Shown: in pieces, positions 59,601-64,000 of the stretch
How the letters are laid out: every line of letters starts with the position of its first letter
Position numbering within the stretch: position 1 is the stretch's first letter
Virus record (IMG/VR): IMGVR_UViG_3300022200_000021
From: an uncultured virus (IMG/VR IMGVR_UViG_3300022200_000021)
Taxonomy: Duplodnaviria; Heunggongvirae; Uroviricota; Caudoviricetes
Reading direction: 5' to 3' (one strand)
Length of the DNA stretch: 64,000 bases
Notes under the pieces: model-generated
What the model was told of the DNA's origin: nothing
What the model saw: only the letters and a program-made list of their open reading frames with translations
The model's database searches: none
Position numbers and translations under genes: made by a program

Positions 59601-61536
59601 TGGAGATTTAAATGCTGGTAGTAACACTATTACTAATTTAAAAGCTCCTACTAACGATTCAGATGTTGCTACTAAAATTTACGTTGACGACTTGATATTA
59701 GCTAACAGTAGTAGTGAATTGTTAGCAGATATGAACGACGTTGATATTACAAATATATCAAATGGTCAGCTATTAATTAGTACAGGTTACAAAAAAATAT
59801 TTGTAATTTCAGGTTCGATTGTAAACGGTCCGTTTGAAGTTAATGATCAGATGGTAGGATCAGTTACTGGAGCAGTTGGTACTATTTTAGGAACTAGAGA
59901 TTTTCAAAGTTTAGGAACAAACTTAACTGAGATAATTTATACTCCAGTATCTGGAGTATTTAGTGATGGTAAACCTGAAGGAGATTCTCCTGCGGTGGAT
60001 ACTGTTCAAGTCGTCGGAGGAGCAGAAGCTGTAATATTATCAGGACCAGTTGATGAATGGGCGAATGCTGTACATGATAATTTAAGTGATATATCATTTA
60101 CAAATATTAATACATTAACTGTAGTTAATAACGAAGTTACTGAAAAATATTCGACAATTAATTTCCAAATTAAACCAAATACTATTGTTAATAGCGATGT
60201 TTCTGCAACAGCAGGGATTGTACAAAGTAAATTATTACTTAATGCAGCAACTACACGAAGTAATGCAACCGGACTCACGCAATCAGAATTAGGAGTTGCA
60301 TCGTTTAACAGCACGGTATTTACTGCATCAAATGGATGGATTTCTCTTGCTGACAATGGAATTGATTTTAATAAAATTGCCAGAATTGAAAATAATAAAG
60401 TATTAGGAAATTGGGCAAACGATACTGGGTCTGCACATATAGAGCAAATATCTTTTTCTACAGTAGTTACAGAAGGAGGCGCACTGCTCCCAAGTAACTT
60501 TACAACAGAAATACCAGCAGCACAAGATCCAGGCTCTGCATTAGTTAAATTGTCAACTGGTACTTTTGGAATAAGTAATATATCAATTACCGGCGAAGCT
60601 AACAGTTTAGTAAAAACAAATACAAACGGTAGTGTTCATGCTCGATCCTTAATAATAGGTAACGACTCTAGCTACGAAGTAATGTCGCTAACAGGTACTA
60701 TGTTAAATTTAAAAACTCCTTCTCAAGGTTTAATTTTAACTGCTGTCGGCGGGTCTGGAGGAACATCACCTACATATCCTGATGTAACTTTTTATGGAAA
60801 TTTGTCAATAGGCGACGATGCTGGATCACAGAGTGTATTGCAAAGCTTGTCAACTTACAATAACCAGAGTTTCTTATCAACTAATTGGATTTACAGCAGT
60901 TTTATTGAAGCACAAGAAGAAAAAACAGCAGCATCTACAGGAATTGCATTAGGAGCTGGAACAGGTAAAACAACTGCAGGACAAGTTGCAATTGTAACAG
61001 CAAATACTGGATCAAACTCTAGTGTTACACCGTTTATTTTTGACCGTACAGGTGTAAAACCAGACACTACAAATGTATATAACATTGGAGCATCAAATTT
61101 AGTATACAACACTGTATACGCAACATTGTTTAACGGGACTGCAACTACTGCTAGGTATGCTGACTTAGCTGAAAATTATTTAGCAGATAACTATTATACA
61201 TTTGGCACTGTTTTAATCTTTGGTGGAGAATATGAATTAACTACTACAAATATTAAATCTGATACACGAGTTGCAGGTATTGTATCTGAAAATCCTGCAC
61301 ACTTAATGAACTCGTCGTTAGATGGAAATTTTGTTATTCCATTAGCATTACAAGGTCGAGTAATGTGTAAAGTAGTAGGAAAAGTTAAAAAAGGAGATCT
61401 ATTAGTATCAAGCTCTATATCTGAGTATGCGTGTGCTATAGATTCTGCAATTCCAGGTACAATAATAGGAAAAGCACTAACAAATAAGTTCGATACCGAA
61501 CGTGGAATGATCGAAGTAGTTGTTGGTAAACACTAA
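53677..61536 (+). CDS. Giant (2619 aa) baseplate/tail fibre protein with a C-terminal chaperone-like (peptidase G2/IMC) domain
   Basis: N-terminal IDIGVEGNDGTGDSIRESFRKVNENF (T4 gp9/10-like); AATKLYVD repeats; C-terminal YADLAENY...GIVSENPAHLMN...LQGRV..KV. Confidence 0.8.
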   Translation: MAKQEIDIGVEGNDGTGDSIRESFRKVNENFNELYAVFGIGGQISFTDLGDVPDAYNNNENKAVIVKSDGSGLTFLELASNSALDNTADTIGFDFTVDGKLIVRQLSSKLSNDPKAELSSPLNANSYAIANVEVSSDAIDLFNNVHNTDFTLDALVINKGYADQTYQKKQISGSGIRIGDEPQDTSNYILTTSTISSGYLYIQDHGLTSEYTGGAYIFNSSGSDPAGVVSGEIYYIRIQDENNIGLYSSAEDAINNVNRILLTGGTGEFTLTDLYYDPSLLGNWLSNSVLPRYAVVRRQGDTMEGPLYLSDHPGDLSGTGTPNDATDLQAATKLYVDNAAVTSNVNLFVNTSGDDRQLSTPIGREGRSPGYAYRTINAAARKAEELILATPYEPGPYIQTITYGNNSNNSTIITSGMSSPISGRNNSRTLILKNKVFIVNEVIGFIKSTYPSFSDNYDIELCQRDIELILESVSLDSLSGNNANYLSRWAGIRYYSNISSRNAISRQKVQTVASIEFVRDLVVDYILTNTAVDTMYQTKYTQYINETVVPDLQAASVIEAKFNVVLTVIESGVLGAPGVIDGGTTYKINLSNGNNGHVDQADPINTDIIPGKIVRGKLSGAVGRIIDYKYEAGPRAVSLLETDEIDVQLLEPIEFENGEELEYGNIVRNNHIAIFVESGVYEEDFPIRLPPNVSICGDELRRCVIKPKNRISQSIWADMYFYRDAEFDGMVLGKSNIETITYDAQTDVYRIPGTYTVSSYISEFFGKDAVFRITVGSGGEISNVEILEFGTSFQKDERIFIKDAQLGNNGAADIVLTVTKVPNGVEYINPLTQRVDGYFGRHYLTDPALTKNVGSVYENVGRWVAATEIIRVNKLFLQEQATNYVEYFFPAYVLSGDYSRSIFFKNIGLIIDGLINDLNNGGNEYALELQGKFYDIANRYNATSEINNSIRFINTLLTQLYNAEEPVLTYGTESTKTYDHDISLGIADPFEWAPSTLYKEKEVVKVLASGVYYYYVATKTHTSSLEFDYLESINYWREIDGVYAATENLIDTIVYWFDGEYNPPLNNKDLDVFLLNDATMIRNISVHGHGGFMGVLDPEGQVLTKSPYIQGSSSFSKSSNKQSFSGGIFVDAFVGNTAVQVYEKIDGDPFRIMVQSYGSQAEPQGLFVRRPETPSVFYIDGKRFQVNAIAQYDPDLGIAELKLDYSSNNNLGFSGVTSSLSTGVNLNDLSSPIPITLQTAGNRSILGNDFTNINDLGYGLVVANGALSELVSMFTYYCWASYYSKNGSQIRSLSSSSCYGEYGLVADGFDPNEIPDDIFLAQDMVQSARTFNANVILTLSGGVVVEQGQVLTQVSSGAFGTVVVDSSDTSGSTVIYLINVQGAFDLTNELEITETALGAPTSVALGANSVPVSIDPDGYTNQLEKLFLYAFDFKDVPSSRSEFDIYHETKQIFARYEVANVEKTNACVGRYENVGTSIPVTKDVTNPLANNAVFTIYKTIHNGYSADIISNGTNFTVGDTITVDGNLLGGTSVEHDAIITVTEIDNGDPVALTGIITAFSIAGTIKVEASTPMFDGRVYKLNFSTSETQFSRNGLLENVPYGKIINYRRNQTHIISDIKSQELIAIRPSTAIVFDENTDTVYRSISFLTSDSIGNELPDGTAQVSFDEGYDYIRLIIDSARAQTSELAGSGTTKGATIGDVRLALQPVSDTNEIYRLNNNSKTPEGFRPLGWRPETLVEAPIISWGGKTHYVFNYRGVDSEGNEVPVSENIAYALVDLEDIETINQTDSTGIALPVIYGSENITIRAGLKANQTGNITVGISTCRVTGHDFLDIGTGSYNNTNFPNVIFGSPSEKDSSKEVTEINKGRVFYTSTDQDGVFRAGRFFSVDQGTGTVSFAANIALSDVDGLGFKRGVVITEFSTDTAMADNASDTVPTESAVRGYINRRLGFDTNGNVIVNKIGPGAIAADGSTILTGDLNAGSNTITNLKAPTNDSDVATKIYVDDLILANSSSELLADMNDVDITNISNGQLLISTGYKKIFVISGSIVNGPFEVNDQMVGSVTGAVGTILGTRDFQSLGTNLTEIIYTPVSGVFSDGKPEGDSPAVDTVQVVGGAEAVILSGPVDEWANAVHDNLSDISFTNINTLTVVNNEVTEKYSTINFQIKPNTIVNSDVSATAGIVQSKLLLNAATTRSNATGLTQSELGVASFNSTVFTASNGWISLADNGIDFNKIARIENNKVLGNWANDTGSAHIEQISFSTVVTEGGALLPSNFTTEIPAAQDPGSALVKLSTGTFGISNISITGEANSLVKTNTNGSVHARSLIIGNDSSYEVMSLTGTMLNLKTPSQGLILTAVGGSGGTSPTYPDVTFYGNLSIGDDAGSQSVLQSLSTYNNQSFLSTNWIYSSFIEAQEEKTAASTGIALGAGTGKTTAGQVAIVTANTGSNSSVTPFIFDRTGVKPDTTNVYNIGASNLVYNTVYATLFNGTATTARYADLAENYLADNYYTFGTVLIFGGEYELTTTNIKSDTRVAGIVSENPAHLMNSSLDGNFVIPLALQGRVMCKVVGKVKKGDLLVSSSISEYACAIDSAIPGTIIGKALTNKFDTERGMIEVVVGKH

Positions 61537-61565
61537 GATTAGTTGCTAACAATAAGGAATAAAAT

Positions 61566-62075
61566 ATGACTATACAATTAATAAATTTAGGGACTAGTCC
61601 CAATAGAGGTGATGGAGACCCATTAAGAATTGCATTTGATAAAATCAATGATAATTTTACAGAGTTGTACGAAACTACAGCTCTTACTAGTGAAACAGCA
61701 CAGCAGTCTCTTTCCGATATAATAACTAATGGAGTTCAAGAAAACATAACAGTGTCTTATAACGAAACTGATAATGTTATAGAGTTTTCTGTGCCAAATA
61801 CATTAAGCTCTTATATTAACGATACTGAATTTTTAGCTAATAATTCGTCCGATGATATTGTGTTTAATTCAAATCTAACAGTATTAGGTAATATAATAGT
61901 AGCAGGAGATTTAGTAATACAATTTAGTGTACCTGTTACTAGTAAAGGTCAAGTATTAGATACACAAGGAGCAATATCAGTAGACTCTACATACATATAT
62001 TATTGTGTAGAAACATACACAACAGGAGAAGCTGATATATGGAAACGGATTGCCTGGTCAACTGATACTTGGTGA
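61566..62075 (+). CDS. Baseplate/tail protein
   Basis: INLGTSPNRGDGDPLRIAFDKINDNF; C-terminal YIYYCV...WKRIAW. Confidence 0.7.
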   Translation: MTIQLINLGTSPNRGDGDPLRIAFDKINDNFTELYETTALTSETAQQSLSDIITNGVQENITVSYNETDNVIEFSVPNTLSSYINDTEFLANNSSDDIVFNSNLTVLGNIIVAGDLVIQFSVPVTSKGQVLDTQGAISVDSTYIYYCVETYTTGEADIWKRIAWSTDTW

Positions 62076-62113
62076 TAAGGTGTGCGATAAATATATAAAA
62101 ATAGGATACATAC

Positions 62114-63454
62114 ATGAGCAATAGATTTCCACTAGTGTTAGACACATCTAACAGTAACCAAGTTAAAGAACTTCCTGCAGGCGATAATCTAAATCTCCAA
62201 GACTCAAGCATAGTAAATGTACAAAACATTGATGCAATTGGTACTATTAATGCTGCTGCTATTACAGTTAATGGCAATAGTATTAAAGCACAAACAGTTT
62301 TAGATTTAGTAGATACTCCATCATCTTATACTGGAAATGAAGGGTCGTTTTTAAAAGTAAACGAAAGAGGAGATGGAGTTGAGTTTAGGTCATTAGAAAA
62401 TATGGGTCAAATATCTGTAACATCTATTATATTAAACGGTGTTATTATTCCAGAAACTCCTAATGTTGGACTAATAGGCACATCTGCTCGACCTTTTAGA
62501 GAAATTAACGCCACTGCATTAGTTGGTTCACTGTACTCGTCATCCGGTGAAATAATAGTAGATGCATTATCAGGAACCATTTCGTATAGTAAAATTGAAG
62601 ATGCTCCGTCATCGTTGTCAAACTTTGTCGATGATTTACAAGTAGTAACATCTAGCACATTAATAGCTGAAATTGAAAATATTAAAAGTTTAGCCGACTA
62701 TGTTCTGTTAGATATTAGAGGTGATATTTATAATGATGATAGCAGTAAATTAATAGATATAGGTACTAGCACTTATTTCGGTCATGTTGACGCAGAAAGT
62801 ATTCGGAGTAGAGAAGATAGAATTTCTTTAGGTATATTTGCAGGTGATGTTGATCAACAACCTAATGCAATAGCAATCGGTGTACAGTCAGGGTATCAAA
62901 ATCAAGAAAGACATGCTATCGCTATCGGAACATCTGCAGGGCAAATAGATCAAAATTCATACAGTATTGCAATTGGAGTAGAAGCAGGGTATCAGTTACA
63001 AGGCTCTAATTGTATTGCAATAGGAAATCGTGCAGGATTTACGAAGCAACATAGTAACTCGATAATTTTATCAACGTCGATATTAAATTCGTTAAACGAA
63101 GGTTTTTTTGTTGACCCTATTAGAGTAGAATCTACACAAAGTTTATTATTTTATAATCCAACAACAAAAGAAATTACACAAAATTCAGGAGTGCTACACA
63201 GCGATGTAGTAGGGTCAATTTACGCAGATGACTCTACACAAGTAGTTAATGTAGTAGACGGCTCGATATCATCACCATATGCTAATATATTTGAACTGTT
63301 ATCAGAACAGCTAGTATTAATGCCAGGATCAATCCCATCACAACCTGCTCCTGGAACAATAGCAGTATCGGATGGAATTAGTTGGAATCCAACTGGATCA
63401 GGATTACAACATTTAATGATTTATTTAAATAATATCTGGTTACAGATTGCTTAA
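62114..63454 (+). CDS. Tail fibre-like protein with YadA-head-like repeats
   Basis: Tandem roughly 16 aa (A/S/C)IAIG..(A/S)G..Q repeats. Confidence 0.65.
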   Translation: MSNRFPLVLDTSNSNQVKELPAGDNLNLQDSSIVNVQNIDAIGTINAAAITVNGNSIKAQTVLDLVDTPSSYTGNEGSFLKVNERGDGVEFRSLENMGQISVTSIILNGVIIPETPNVGLIGTSARPFREINATALVGSLYSSSGEIIVDALSGTISYSKIEDAPSSLSNFVDDLQVVTSSTLIAEIENIKSLADYVLLDIRGDIYNDDSSKLIDIGTSTYFGHVDAESIRSREDRISLGIFAGDVDQQPNAIAIGVQSGYQNQERHAIAIGTSAGQIDQNSYSIAIGVEAGYQLQGSNCIAIGNRAGFTKQHSNSIILSTSILNSLNEGFFVDPIRVESTQSLLFYNPTTKEITQNSGVLHSDVVGSIYADDSTQVVNVVDGSISSPYANIFELLSEQLVLMPGSIPSQPAPGTIAVSDGISWNPTGSGLQHLMIYLNNIWLQIA

Positions 63455-63466
63455 AGGGAAATAACA

Positions 63467-64000
63467 ATGGCAATAGAATTAATTAATATAGGATACATTG
63501 CAAACGACGGAACAGGCGATGATCTAAGAGAAGCATTTATAAAAGTTAATCAAAATTTTGAAGAACTTGATTTAAGAATCACCGGTGACGTAACTGCATC
63601 GAATATCGAAGGGGAAGGAGAAGGCATCTTTTCCCAAAAGTTAATATACGATTTACAATTTAAAAAATTAGTTAGTGGATCTAATGTAGTGTTAGAGTCG
63701 TCAGACTCTGCTATCACTATTAGTGTTCCAAATGAAAATCTTGCTAATATTACAATATCTGCAGATGAAAACTATATAAACTTAACTGCTAACTCTGAAC
63801 TGAAAATTGTAGGTGGGGATGGAATTAAAACTAAAATAGAAGGAGATTATCTTGTTATAGATAATACTGTTTCAAAATTAGAAACTGATCCGTTTCCTAA
63901 ATTATCTAACAGTTTAAATGCACAAGGGCATAATTTTTATACAGTGGGCATCATCGATGCTGCACGAGTTACAGGATCATTTTATGGAACATTAAATGGA
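63467..64000 (+). CDS. Baseplate/tail protein (3' truncated by the window)
   Basis: MAIELINIGYIANDGTGDDLREAFIKVNQNF. Confidence 0.75.
   Translation, partial: MAIELINIGYIANDGTGDDLREAFIKVNQNFEELDLRITGDVTASNIEGEGEGIFSQKLIYDLQFKKLVSGSNVVLESSDSAITISVPNENLANITISADENYINLTANSELKIVGGDGIKTKIEGDYLVIDNTVSKLETDPFPKLSNSLNAQGHNFYTVGIIDAARVTGSFYGTLNG

Overview
This is an AT-rich, gene-dense, mostly plus-strand 64 kb segment of a very large tailed phage (T4-like/jumbo myovirus character, probably with a proteobacterial host). It uses the standard genetic code. Virion and structural genes lie at both ends (1-11.9 kb and 53.7-64 kb). Between them are nucleotide and DNA metabolism genes (nrdA/nrdB/glutaredoxin, thyA, ATP-dependent ligase, two-subunit topoisomerase II, UvsE, QueD), a dense translation and proteostasis island (two-piece tmRNA, S21, GroES/GroEL, Hsp20, ClpS, IF1, ClpP) and a heme oxygenase plus bilin reductase pair. 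Highlights: (1) a class Ia ribonucleotide reductase alpha subunit encoded as four ORFs, joined by two different split inteins plus a third, intein-less fracture that carries oppositely charged extensions, possibly a docking pair; (2) a circularly permuted tmRNA with a long tag; (3) a roughly 600 nt promoter-driven, ORF-free structured locus with an AGGCA array, a candidate large ncRNA or origin; (4) ROSE-type thermometers upstream of both groES and hsp20; (5) a probable -1 frameshift at A-AAA-AAG; (6) a set of unrelated enzymes sharing an MK(I/L/V)x(E/D) N-terminal tag, candidate capsid-packaged cargo. All calls are from motif reading by eye; no database search or folding program was run.
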